NCBI GenBank assembly: GCA_040954595.2
Contig: CM082597.2
Location: forward strand, 4,717,244 to 4,781,243
Direction of reading: 5' to 3'
Length of the DNA: 64,000 nt
From: Balanoglossus misakiensis
Taxonomy: Eukaryota; Animalia; Hemichordata
The stretch's first letter is position 1. Each line of letters begins with the position of its first letter. The position numbers and the translations under genes are program-made. Below, in pieces: positions 11,301 to 24,200 of the stretch. The notes beneath the pieces are model-generated. The model saw only the letters and a program-made list of their open reading frames with translations. It was not told the origin of the DNA and did not search any database.

Positions 11301-13513
11301 GGTGTGGATTTGTATACAGAGAATGAGTGGACGCACTATGATGGGACACCAATGACTTACTTACCATGGAAGGAAGGCGACCCAAATGAAGACCTCAGTA
11401 TAATAGAACACTGTATTCAAGCGGAATTGTAATTATAAATTTGTGTTCACCAAACCAAGTTTTCTCCAGCAGGATGTTGGTGAATGTAGCACAGTTTCAC
11501 TTAGACACTATAAAGCACTGTATCCACAGCAAAACATACGTCTGGACACGGTGCACTGCCATGTTAACTAGAAAATGCACAGTGACTGCGCGTCCATGAT
11601 CTGTTGTCTCCATTTATAAGTAGAGCACATCTGTGCCTGTAGGCCGACGATCATCTTATGCGCATGCATGTACTTTAGTGTGTACAAACATACGTCAATC
11701 CAAATGTTCGGTAAATTATGAGTTCGACAGTTCAAATAGTGAGCTGCATTCGCCCCTTTCTTATTTCATGCGCACCGAATAAGTAGACTTCAGTTTTGTC
11801 CCTTCGTTTGTTATCAAATTTGTTGTCTTTTCCCGTTCTCCAACACAGACTAGTCACCGCCATCTTGTCTCTTGTTAGAACAACCCACTGCCCCAGCCTC
11901 TCGTTTGGCCCATGCGCATAAGGTGATCGTCGCCCTTTAATCTAGCACAAGCAAATGTGACACAATTCAGATTCAGCTGATAATATGTTAAAATGATTTC
12001 TCGCCATAAACGTATTGAACAGTTTATTTGTTGGTAACGATTTTTCGTTGTCGTTTTCTTAGATACAGCGAACCTACTAAGATATTCAATTTGGAATATT
12101 GTCCACGTTTTTCGAGATTTGTCTGTCGATATGGTAGGTGTATATCTTTGTACTTAATCAAATCTAGCACAAGTGCACCAGAGACTCCTATGCAAATTTG
12201 TTAAGCAATACTTTTTATCTGAAATAAAGACGAATGGCGGCCTTTTATAATTTTGATCAGCTTTCTAATGAATGCAGAATCATTGTATTTCAAAAGTTAT
12301 GGCGTAATAATTGTACCTCGATATGTTAAACTTTTAACGGATATGAGCTGAGTCACGAACATGTGTGACATGCCAGTACTGAAATGTCGCCCACATTGTA
12401 AGAGTACCATCTCAGAAAAGAACTTCATCGCGACTTTTTGTATTAATTGGCTCTTTTGCGTGGCTCATAAATCCTTCGTCGCGAGAACGTTACATCATCC
12501 ACATTACCAGCCGAGAAAACGACTGTAAATGTTTTATGAAATAAACGACAAAACCATTTTTACTAAGAGGTGTATCCGAACTGCACCATCAATTTATTGC
12601 AGTTCGAATGAACGATGTTATAAGAAATTGCAATATTCAGCGTGGAAGTTTCTTGTAAAAAATGGACCTAACAGACTTCAATGAATCACTAATACATTCC
12701 AAAGTGAACATGGCCTAATGCCTATTTGAATACCACTTATCCTAAACCAGTTATTTCTTGTTGGTTTTACATTACAGGTGTGTCGTACACACCCAAACTG
12801 CCGTATATAAAATCTGAATGTTTTAACAGTAGTCTGACGACACCTGGATATACAGGCCATGTTGGCTCTGACGTTACTAACACCAGTTCTTCAGAAATGT
12901 CAACAGATGTCACAGAAGATACTGGCGCTGATGCTAAATCTGACACCAGCTTGACTGACACAGAATCCCTGTCAGAGTTAACTGTAATGCAGCGAACCGA
13001 AACGACAGATAATGAAGTTTTGACAGACATCCCTGACGACAAGGCCACTGAGAGTGTCTCTGGTTTCATCTCGAAGGAAAACCCTACTGAAACGGCTACA
13101 ACTTTAGTGCGTGGGACTGAACCAGGCGTTGACGGAACCCACACTGATTCTGTCTCCATATCAACGGATACAATCGACGCCAGCACCTTGCCTCCTAATA
13201 CAGCATGTAAAGGTCCATTCTGCCAACATTTGCCAAGCATTAGTGTTGTCGATAGCAATTCGAAACTGCCCCACTGTAAGTATAAGTTCACTGTGCTTCA
13301 CAGCCACACTTAAAGAAACAAAACACAATTGAATAATATAAAATGAGGCAGGGTGGCCTTAATATTTTTTGAAACACCTGATATCACGTCTTTATTTTGC
13401 CAGAGGTCAGTGCATCTTTCTTTCACGGTTTTGGCATCTGGCTGCATTTATGGTTGTCTGTGCTAGGCTACACTGTGCTGCTGTTGTGTGTGTGTGCGCA
13501 TGTGCGTGCGTGC

Positions 13514-13551
<38 letters not shown>

Positions 13552-13932
13552 TTTGTGATTGGCCATGTACCGGTCAATGGTAAAGTATATTTGCCCTTTG
13601 ATTTTATTGTATATAGATGGTTACGCTTGCAAGTATATAATACTGTACTTCACAAGTAACCCGAATGGATCCTGTCCACGTCACAAGTAACCCGAATGGA
13701 TCCTGCCAACGCCCCATAGCCCAAGGCCTCATATTCTGCACTTAAGCTTTTTTGCTATCAATTTTATTTTTTCTTGACAGGTGACAAACTCGACAACAAT
13801 GGCAACACTTTCATAGGCCTAGTCCTAGGCTTTATCGCTGCATACCTGGCTGTGCATATTGTGTTGATACTCGGGATTTCTCGTTGTGTAAGAAACCTAG
13901 ACTCTGCTCCGAAGTTGCAAAATGACGCATAG
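8395..13932 (+). CDS. C-type lectin receptor, copy B (complete: signal peptide, two CTLDs, stalk, TM)
   Basis: Exons 8395-8476 (MEKLHRWLCYLTLVSVVIFSHTQVTVN, signal peptide), 8861-9031, 9327-9468, 10010-10098, 10492-10671, 11272-11428, 12063-12133, 12778-13275, 13781-13932. All introns are GT-AG and the frame is open throughout. Confidence 0.9.
13486..13550 (+). repeat. (GT)n/(GCGT)n microsatellite; a shorter version is at about 4110-4153 in copy A
   Basis: Directly visible. Confidence 0.9.
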
Positions 13933-16900
13933 ATTACTGTTCTTGATTTGAGCGTTACTCATGTTATTGGTGCCGTTTCTTCATCTGACACAGTGATCGA
14001 ATGCAAAACATCAATTATAATCGTTAGTTAGGTTTCTGTTACAGTGTCACCATGTTTCTTGATTTCATTAATGATTGAGAACAAGCTAAATTAGTAAAGT
14101 CAGCGTTTTAACATAAGTAACTGTATTGAAATGGAATTACAACCATCTGTGAACAACGTAGTGCATGTTTATTTAATGATCATGGGTTTTCAATGTGAGT
14201 AGGACATTCGCTATGGATCTCGCTATTTATCATATGCACATGCGTACTGTCAATTATCATTCTGTCGCGACTTAACTCATGACCTTAGCTGTGCTGTCTT
14301 GTATTGCGTTTGTCTTTACAACGTGCCACATGAATGTGATACTTGATCGATAATTTTTGGAATATGGATGGTTTTGATCTTACTTATTTATGATTATTGT
14401 TGTTTTAATAAACATACTTTAGTTCGCTATCACTTCAAACTTCGCGTACGTGTTGCTGTATTTCCTCGAACTGAATTCGAAAAACGTAACGCCCATGCCA
14501 GCAAAGGGACATATGGACCCACACCAAACGAGTTGCAAGCAGCACCTATAAGTATTAGGTCAGAGCTTTACTGACTATCAAGTATCGACGGCCAGTCACG
14601 TGGCTCTAATAGACCAGTCACGTGGCTCTAATAGACCAATTACGTGTCTCGTTCAGTTGACACACAATGCATCCACGATAACAATTAATGCAGGCTCCTC
14701 AGTTCATGACATTGATGAAAGGGCATGCGCAGGAAATGGAATTAACAATCCCCTGTTCGTGGGATTGAAAGAATCGCTACACTGCTGTTTGTAGCGATGC
14801 GCCTGTTGGTACGCGCCTCTGGTTATCAATTCTTTAAAATGATACGTCGGTCTCAGGTGTTATTGTTGATGCAGTATAAGTTCTTGGTCCGTCAACCTGC
14901 GGTCTTTGCAAGTACATGTATTGTGCATGGAGTATCAATTTGAGTAGCAACAATTTGTGGCTGTGACTGTTTTTTTAACTTCCTGTGTCGCTTACTGTAA
15001 TATACATCTATGGGAGTTAAGACAACGGTCAGAATGACAGAAATTATTGTTTGACGAGCAAAGAACATTTGCCATGCTGTGTTTTGATCCCCATTCAACC
15101 ACGCCAGTCAAGGCCACTGAAGTTCTCAACTGTTTCCTATCGGCACTAAAATTGTACAGAAGAATGCGGTGTCATCTGGAGAAAGAGATCTGAGTTTCCA
15201 TCATATCATGTCATTGTAGTGCAAAGAGATCTTAGTTTCCATCATATCATGTCATTGCAGTGCAAACAGAATTGTTATCCATGAATGCAATAACCTGTGG
15301 AGCTTATCGGTTCGTAAGGGTTAATCTGAAATCCCAAACCAAACTAATTGTTTTGACAAACAGATCATAATCTGAATACACTGGGGGAATACCGCGAATT
15401 GCACAAACTATAAACATTTTGCTCGAAAGGGACTTAATACTTGTCCACCTCTCAAACAAGTAATACATGTACTTCATTAATCCCAAATCCTACATCGACC
15501 TTCGTAATGCGAAAATAAGAATTCGAACATTTGGGGTTTGTCGGTCTATGACAATGGTACTCAGACACACTAACCGATTTTGAATTGTTCAGTAGCTGTC
15601 ATGAGTTACGAACCAAAATCTCTCAACACAAACACCCAGACAGCAACAACAATGATACACTGAACACCCAAAGTTATACGTTTCACTGCGAATCTATTTG
15701 TCTCAGGAAGAAAAATAATCATAGTACAAGCACTGAACTTAAATGTTACAAGGGTTCTTACCCAAATATTGTAATGTCCTCAAGAAACGTGTATCAGTTC
15801 CGCGGTAATATTACACACGTGGTGAGCGGACGCGATAATTCAGTGTTCCGTGAGTTCTCTGCACCGGCCCGACGATGGTTCACGCTGGCGTGCTGCTTTC
15901 TCTCAAAGTTCTTTCCTGAAGTCCTCTCAGAAGAAATTAACGGGTTCACTTCACTTACAGTTGCTGGCGTATACAAGCATTTTAAGTCCGAGAGCAACGC
16001 TGAATTCAAACCAACAGGACATACTCGACGTGCCTGGGCGAGCTGAACATACCAGTCCCCGTCGCTCATGGCCGAGTGCAACTTGTCTGTTTTCTGTTCG
16101 GCTCACGCCACTAGACTGCCGTTGCCGAGAGTCAAAAATCAAAACCCTTACGTAATATTCAAAATACCCAGGTGTACCTCTACGGCTAATACTATGTTAA
16201 TGACGAACACCCTTATTGTTCATCCACCACTGATATTTAAATTCTGTGCATTCGTTGTACAATCGTAACACATGCAACTTGACTGAGAATGTGCTGAGAA
16301 TTTGGGTTGTGACACACAATAAAGGCGATACCAGTCAACTAACAGATATTCAATATTATCATATGCCCATGGTCGGCTACTCGAAAATGCAAATCAAAAT
16401 ATAAATTGCCATCATCGCCCCTCTTTGTGGAAAATTATTTTTCACGATTAAACTGTCAGTCAGTATTACCATGGTTATCAGAAGCATAAAGCAGCATAGA
16501 ATGGAAGCCATAAATATGGCTGAAATCTGATCACCCGTTTTGGGATATTGATGTCACAGACAGCGAAAGAGACACAGGGAGAGACATCGGTACAACATAA
16601 GTTTCCCTGATATTTTATCAATACCACATATATAAATATTTGTTCCATTAATAGTATTTTCAAGGGATTTGGAGGTTTGTTGTGATAAAAAACAGCATTT
16701 TAACTATCATTATCTCATAGCCTTTTATCAAAACGTTCTATTTAATTCCAGACACAGAGATGATAATAACTTGTCAATGTAATTTTAATCAGATGTAACG
16801 CCTAATGGCTTTTCTATGATAACCGTTTGTGCAAATAACATTGCACTTTAGTTGATGAAATGTATCAGGTTAGCTTGAATACAGCACAAAACATTAGGTT

Positions 16901-18099
16901 TTTGTGTTATGTGTTCGTTCACCTCTCTGAACAGCTGTCGCTAATTAGTACAGTGATGAGTGGCACATTTTATCTGAAAAATCGTTTTTTCCTGAAATAG
17001 AAAAAATAAAGTGCCGATGGAGAGGTCGAAATATTAAATAAAGTTGAAAATATATCATTATTCATTTGAGTTTGCTAATCGGCTTATTCTGAAGCGAAAA
17101 TTTATCGTTAATGCTTTCCTCTGTGCCACTTGACTGACAGAAGTAAACAATATTCGACATGTGATGCAAGAAAATCGACAACAGAGATTACTCAAATTAC
17201 ATATTTTATACAACTCAAATATTGCTACAGTAAATGGCACATTGGAGCCCAGACTTTGATTGTTCAATAAGGACAGACGGCAATAAATAACAATGTGCGT
17301 GGTTGCAGAGGATGTAATATGACAAGCCGTTCTGGCAGTCGAGTCTATTTATACATGTATGTTGTTGCAAACGATGTAATATCATGATCAGCCTCGAGCC
17401 CATTTAGGGACTGTATTCTGTGCATTCAAAGATTTAAGTATTTGTGTGACGACGACCATATCTTGACGAATCAATTCTAGCCTGGACTTGAATCCAGATA
17501 TCAGTAATCAACGACGCCGACGATGTACAGATTGCTAGAGTTGTCATTCTAAATACTGGATTTTCGTCCGTGCTTTATTGAGTGTGAGAACAATTTTCAT
17601 AAGCTAACAACAAACTAAACAATACCCAAAGCCAAAGGTACGAATAACGGAGCTTTTTCTAAAAGCAAAGAATAATACCATATAACGTACATTTAATGCG
17701 GGCTGTGACATCACGTTGTAGGTATATAGAGAAGAGTACATGATGATATTATGACATCCTGGTTTGCCTGTGATGCTTCATCATGCTGACGGTTAACTAT
17801 TGGACATAATGTAACGTGGAGTAGTGTTGTAAACGCGTTAATGATTTGTGAATGTGTTTACCAATTTGTAAATTTAGCAACCAGTTCAAGACTGCGATCA
17901 TGCCTTTTAAATATACAGTATTTACATGGCCAGCTGCAAAGAGAGTCACACTATGTTACATCAATCAACAAAACACACAGAACAAAGTCAAGTCCGTGAA
18001 AGACGGACATATGGACTTCAGGCAAAAAAGACAAGGAAAATATGTAATGTGTTTCGAAAATAGTGAGTGAACCCTGCCCCACACGTGTATATGTACAAT

Positions 18100-20067
18100 T
18101 TAGGTCTTGCGACGAAGTGCACGTTTGGCCACTCGGACGGAATCTTCATACATCGACAGAGTATCACCCTCGTAATGCTTAGCAAGTACCATGTTCCCAA
18201 GCCACCACATAGTCAGTGGAGTCCCTCTCATTTCCAAACCATACACGAATGTCGGCACTATGTTCATAGTTTTCAGAACCGCTCCAATGAAAACATCTTC
18301 GAATCGCACGAGTTTTGTGAAATGTGCACCTATGTACACGTCCCTGATGACGTCACGCGAGAGGATATAAGCCCCACCCGAGAAGTAAAGAGGGTACTGA
18401 TCATCTCGGTACTCTTTTCTTGACATGTACCATTTAGATGTTTTGTTCCTGTCCACATCCCGCATGTAGTGCATTTTTCCTCCGGCAAATTGCAACGTCG
18501 GCACGTTTAACAGATATCGAACAACATTGTCTACATTGAGAAACATATCTTCATCAATCTTCATGAGGAACTGTGCAGTAGGACAATACATAAAGGCCCA
18601 TTTTATCATCATCACAGACTTCAATGTCAAATTTTCGTAAGTGTCTAGGAAGGCAGGAATAATCATGTCTTGGTGTTTTGTGTTTTCGGCGATGAGTTCG
18701 TCATCAAGGGATTTCGAGTTGGTTACTCCCACCACGAACAGCTGAACAACTGTCTTCCCATGATGGATGCTTTGCGTTTCCCTCCGGAGTTTTCGAATGA
18801 GGGTTCGTTCTTTAAAGTGCTCGGGTATTGAAGGGATGAGAATAAGAAGAAATACATCCTTGTTTTGAGCGGACGACTGTATACAGACAGAATCATGCGT
18901 TGTTAAAAAGTCGATACGGAAGGAGTTGATAATGCGCGGGGTCACTTTGGAGTTGCCCAGAAATGCCTGCACGACCTCTCTATCTGGGAATTGCGAATTA
19001 CAAATATCTTTGGTTAACATTTTCGGTATCAGTTCATAAAACTGAAATAAGAAGAAATCCACATTGGTGACTATTTGCAGTTGGCGAACATCGCAGAGGT
19101 TTGCTTTGTGTGACCCTCTCATGTCAAATGGTGAATGGTTGACGATGTCTATACGTGCCATTTCAAGTAGAATTCCCAAGTAGATGTCTTCAATCGGGAA
19201 CGGTTTCGCCAGTTTTGCCACCACGTTGAGTTTTTCAACGGTATCAGCTGACATCAGCAGGGTTTGTCCCATTGGATAGGGAGGGTATTCAGTAAATGGC
19301 CATGTTGTGTTTGTTATGTTCAGAATTTCGACGGTATCGTCACGCTTGCCACCAGCTACCACAAATCCTGCTGCGAACTTATCACCGGCGCCAAGTGTTG
19401 CAACATACTGCATTAATTCGCCAGCATATATGTAGACGTTATCCCTTGCGAACAGGATAAAGCTTGGTTTCCGAGCACAACGGCTTGCCCAGTTCAGCAT
19501 GTCGTTTATCCTGGCCGTAGTGTTTTCCTGCGAGTCAACAATATCGGAGAGAATCATGTCCTTATGTTGGCGAAACTCGTCCCGAATAAGAGTGCTCGTT
19601 TTCGGGTAGAGTGGTTTGGGGACATAGAAGACGACATCCATGCAATGCTCAAGCGGAGTGCCCTGCAAACTTCGCGCCCACGATTCTCGAATCGCCGCCC
19701 GGCGACCGTAGCCTCCTTTGGGATGTGACGTCACCAGTACCAACAGGATCAGACCATCCTCAGTGTTCTTGTTCTTGGTGAATTTGTAGTCTACGAGATC
19801 ATTTCCCTTGTAGTAGGATTGGTTACGAGTGACTTGGAACTGTGCGTCGAGTGCCCAAAATTCTTCATCAGTGAGCGTCGATTGTGACTCATAATCAGCG
19901 CTTGTCGCGTTAACCGTGTCCTTACGCTTACCTGTGTAAATCCTAGATGAATACAGACTAACAAAACCCAAACAATATATCAGTCCGCTCACTGATACCA
20001 GAGGAAGAAAAACCTTCCGATACATAGTAGCCATTTTAAAGAAATGAAGACTTGGAGCGAACAACAT
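18100..20067 (-). CDS. Intronless beta-1,3-galactosyltransferase-like (GT31) protein with two tandem catalytic domains; type II membrane
   Basis: 655-aa ORF (alternative start MATMYRK at 20034). TM VFLPLVSVSGLIYCLGFVSLY. Domain 1: LVLVTSHP..RRAAIRESWA..YPPYPMG..IEDIYLG. Domain 2: LILIPSIPEHFKER..DTYENLTLKS..FLMKIDEDMFLN..YPLYFSGGAYILS..FEDVFIG. Confidence 0.92.
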   Translation of the reverse strand: MLFAPSLHFFKMATMYRKVFLPLVSVSGLIYCLGFVSLYSSRIYTGKRKDTVNATSADYESQSTLTDEEFWALDAQFQVTRNQSYYKGNDLVDYKFTKNKNTEDGLILLVLVTSHPKGGYGRRAAIRESWARSLQGTPLEHCMDVVFYVPKPLYPKTSTLIRDEFRQHKDMILSDIVDSQENTTARINDMLNWASRCARKPSFILFARDNVYIYAGELMQYVATLGAGDKFAAGFVVAGGKRDDTVEILNITNTTWPFTEYPPYPMGQTLLMSADTVEKLNVVAKLAKPFPIEDIYLGILLEMARIDIVNHSPFDMRGSHKANLCDVRQLQIVTNVDFFLFQFYELIPKMLTKDICNSQFPDREVVQAFLGNSKVTPRIINSFRIDFLTTHDSVCIQSSAQNKDVFLLILIPSIPEHFKERTLIRKLRRETQSIHHGKTVVQLFVVGVTNSKSLDDELIAENTKHQDMIIPAFLDTYENLTLKSVMMIKWAFMYCPTAQFLMKIDEDMFLNVDNVVRYLLNVPTLQFAGGKMHYMRDVDRNKTSKWYMSRKEYRDDQYPLYFSGGAYILSRDVIRDVYIGAHFTKLVRFEDVFIGAVLKTMNIVPTFVYGLEMRGTPLTMWWLGNMVLAKHYEGDTLSMYEDSVRVAKRALRRKT

Positions 20068-20394
20068 TCATTCCCAGGGCAGCGAATTGTAGTCCGGGTG
20101 CGTGCACCTTCATAAATACCATTTATGGATGATGTCACTCTATAAAGAGAGAGGGCATACTTCATATAGCCATGGTGAAATATGCGCTTTTACACCATCA
20201 GTCTGAGTTTCGACTGCATCTGTTACACGTTGTCTCCCAGGCAATAATCAGTTTAGGATTAGTAGTTGAGACCGTGATGTACAAATATCTGTGTATATAG
20301 ATATACGGTTTGAAGTGACATAGATCGATCCATCTATATATAGCAATACATGTATATAGACAGATACATACTAGAAAGCTATATTATGTGTGTG

Positions 20395-20412
20395 AGAGAG
20401 AGATTGAGAGAG

Positions 20413-20459
<47 letters not shown>

Positions 20460-20482
20460 CAGACACACAGACAGACACACAG
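20395..20482 (+). repeat. (GA)n/(GACA)n microsatellite
   Basis: Directly visible. Confidence 0.9.
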
Positions 20483-21284
20483 ATATTTAGTCCACTTGGG
20501 GATTGGGCTTTTTTGATTCCATTATCATCCAGGTATACCTGCAGCACTGAAACAGACGTATGCACATAAATGTCCTTAATCGTATGATCGAATGTTGCAG
20601 TAAGGCGGATTAAAACACATTTTCCCTTGTTCGGTGCCGCTATACACCAATGGCTGAATGTAGTCCACTCAAACCCAGAGTCCAGCCGGTCCAACATGGC
20701 CGGCATCTTGTAGCCGTGTTTCTGGATCCAATATCTAGAAACACACATGGGTATGTTTCATTCATCCAAATTGTCAACAACAACAATGTGAACATCTTAC
20801 TTCCGCCGTTGAGGGCTCCTGAACAAAAGTGTATCAATCAAATAACGTTGGAAAGATAACATGGTCATTCTCCATTTAGCCATATATGCTCCAAGACTAT
20901 TTAAGTCTCAAAAGGTAATCAATGGTGATTTGAAATATTCAAAAGCAAGTGATCGTATCAAGTTTGTAAATATTTATTGCAAAAAATTGCTGAACCTCAA
21001 GCACATCGAATGTTATATAAAAGAAATTGTTGTGGTAGGAAAAACAAACATCTTACAATGGGAAACAAATCATTAAACAGAAATATAAGATCTGAGAGAA
21101 AGACATTATTCTCTATAAACATTACTTTGCATACAATGCACTAGGCAGGTTATGCGTACCCTTGTTGTGATGAGGATCTGGCAAAGACTCATAAGCGTAG
21201 TTGGTTCATATGCAGTAATTACAATGCCGGAGTTTGTAATGGATGGTTATTGTCCTAACTCGCCACTGATTCCAATGGGATTCT

Positions 21285-24200
21285 TCATATATGTATCATT
21301 TTGATACAGTCTTGTTGTGTCACAATCAATACGTGACTCCGCTCTTTGCTTAGCGCTAAATATCGAGGCCTGTCTAATTGACCGTCACCCAGGTAACGTA
21401 GAAAGTCGCCATTTGCAGCGAAGTGTGCTAGGTTACTCATCCCCCAGTTGCACACATAGACGCCATCTTGATTCTCATCGAGGCATAGACCCGTGGGACT
21501 TTGCAAGTGGTGCTCGCCAAATGAGAACAGACTTGTGAGTTCACCATCCAAAACATGGACACGATTCTTGTCATGTTCTGAGACCAGCACCTGGTTTCTC
21601 TTGTTGAAGAGCAAGGACACTGGTTGGCTAACCTGACCTGCTTCAGTAGCTGAAACTTCTGCACCATCTGTACTGTACTTCCTGATGTACCCTTTGTAGT
21701 CTGCTATGTAAACATACTTGTTGCTGCCTAAACATATAGCATAGGGAATGATTTCGTTCCCCGTACCGAAGATGCTCAGTACCTGGCTCTTGCTGTTTGT
21801 CACAACAGCCTGCTTGTTTTCCTTGTCAGTGATGTAGAATCTTCCATCCTCCCCTACCGCAACGTCAGATGGTGTAAATGGTTTGGGAAACGCCAGGAAT
21901 TCAACTACAGCACGGCACTGGTTTCTCTTGTCCAGTACCTGAAGACGATTATTCTTCATGTCGGTCACGACAACTTGGCCATTCTCCTTGACAAAAATGC
22001 CGTTGGCCCAGTCAACTTGTCCAGGCTGTTTACCAGACTTTGTTAGATCCCAAGTAGTGCCCTCTGGTGGAATATCTGTATGAGCATAGAGAAGATAAAA
22101 CAAGAGGCTTTATAAGCTTTTGAAATATATGTTTGATTTGTAGAATTGGTGATTTTGGGGTCATGAAAATGACCAATTACTTGCCTTGCTGTACTCTATC
22201 AAGGTCTGAATGGACTTCCTTGAAGTGTGCCCCCAATGTTTCTCCCCTCTCGGCTTCTGATGCTGCCTTTACAGAAACACCTTCTAGTTGTTCTGCCAGG
22301 TTGTCCATTTTCTTCTCTAACACATTAGAAGTCGAGCTGTGGACATTGTTGATCTTGCTTTTGAGTTCTATGAAGTTCCTCAGGCACTCCTCTTCCTCTG
22401 CGGTGTATGATCTGCTCTCCGTCTGCAAAGTTGCTTCAAGCAATGACTTGTCTTTAATCTTTGCTTGAAGCAAAGAGTTGCTGATCGCCAGCTGACTGAT
22501 CATCTCAGCAGCCACCTCCTTGTCACCCACAAGCGTTGTCAGAGGTTTCTCTATATACGCAAGGAGTGACTCTCTCGTTGGTATGCGGGACGGGCATTTT
22601 TCTGGATGTGATCGCATCAAATTAAGGCACTCTAAGGTATGTCCTATTGGCAGTGCCTTGTTCTCCTTGACTAGTGTTTCAGCTTCGGATGGAGCAGCAA
22701 TACTGTACCGACGAGATGGTATCCTTTGCTTACCTAAGTATAGAATGTAATGTTTGGATATTAGTCCCTAAATTAATAGAATCACACTGTTTACCCATTA
22801 TTTGAATGAAGGTAGTGAATTATGTTTCCATACAGCAGTTCTTTGTGTCTACTGACACTTTTTAATGACTACCCCAGCCACATGATGAAAGTTCCTTGAA
22901 GTGATAAAAACACTTGTAAGTGCTTGTTACACAAGGCAGATGAATACACGAGCACAGTAATGCATGTGTAATATGGCCGACGGCTGTAAGTTACCTTTTT
23001 TCAGTAATTCAATCTCCTTCTTACAAACTATATACTCATCCGCATCAATGTAGACATCCAGAGATATATGGCTTGCTTTGTATCGTATACTTCTCTCATA
23101 GTCCATTATGTCTTCCTCCATATTGGTCTCGATGTCCCCCTTCACATAGTTGGACCACAAAGCTTCCACTGCCTCCAGAGATTCACAGGACAAGACATAA
23201 CCCAGACCCGTTCTGTCGACTTCAATCATGTCGATGGCTTCCAGCTTTAACCCAGTGTGGATGTCCTCAGTGATCATCCGTGCCATGCCTTCGTTGAACG
23301 GCCTCTTGCCTTCCTTCTCATAAAACATGTGCTCCACGACCAGCATTGACCCATCCTGTTCTGGAACCCCATCCAAGACTTTGACATGCACGGTGATTCT
23401 GCCTGTTGAATCAAGAAAATGGTCAGGACAGAACATATGTTTTAAAAAGCCACGTTTCAAGAAATGGTTCTGATTCATAACTTCAAACACTCAGAGGTTT
23501 ACCCAACTTGGTTTCCTTAAGCAAATAACTGTTGTCACAGACTACTTAAAAGCTGCTATCCCTAGCCACATGAAAGTCACCACAAATCAAGATCTAATGG
23601 CATTACCTATCTAACAGCATGCATTAAGGCATTTCATCATCTGGCTATGACCAACTTGATTTTTAGGTATGCACCTTAAAGTCATTCACCGAATGTTAAA
23701 TCTAGTCTGTCTACAAGCAGTGTGAACGTTGCAGTTGACTAGTATGTAAGCACATTACAAGAAGTCATACAGCATGGAAAACTTAACCAAAATGGTCGAT
23801 AGAGTGTGATTTTGTCCCTTTAATGTAGTTTAACATACATGGATCACGCCATTTCTTGGGTCCAAAGTCATATCCACTTGTTATTTCTTCAAGGTTGGGG
23901 TACACAGGAATCGCCCTGTCAGGATGTTCAGAGGCTATATACGAAAATATACAAGAAAATGGTTTAGTGTGATAAACATAGAAACTACCAGTACAACCTT
24001 CAAAGTTGAAAGAAAACAAACTTACAGAGTTGTTTTGCCATTTAACTTGTTATCTATGGAGGATCTCATTTTGGTTTCTTTACGTCTTATATTAATCAAA
24101 ACAGGTGAAGGATTAACAAAGGGACATGTACCTTTGGATGTGGTTGGACACTCATCTGTAGCTTCGGATGTTGAGTCTGTCCATCCCAAGTAATCTTCAA

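Larger units (their letters stand above)
6900..16352 (+). repeat. Tandem segmental duplication, copy B (unit about 9.45 kb)
   Basis: 8806-16352 is near-identical to 1-6899 apart from indels and hypervariable exons. 6900-8805 is inferred to be the 5' part of the unit, whose first copy lies upstream of the window. Confidence 0.88.

Noticed and set aside
522-12133. Diversity-generating retroelement (DGR) acting on the C-type lectin fold
   Set aside because: The pattern of codon position 1-2 changes is superficially DGR-like (14 of 19 differences in one exon involve A), but only 6 of 17 do in the next exon. No reverse transcriptase or template repeat is in the window, and the variable sites are split over spliced exons.
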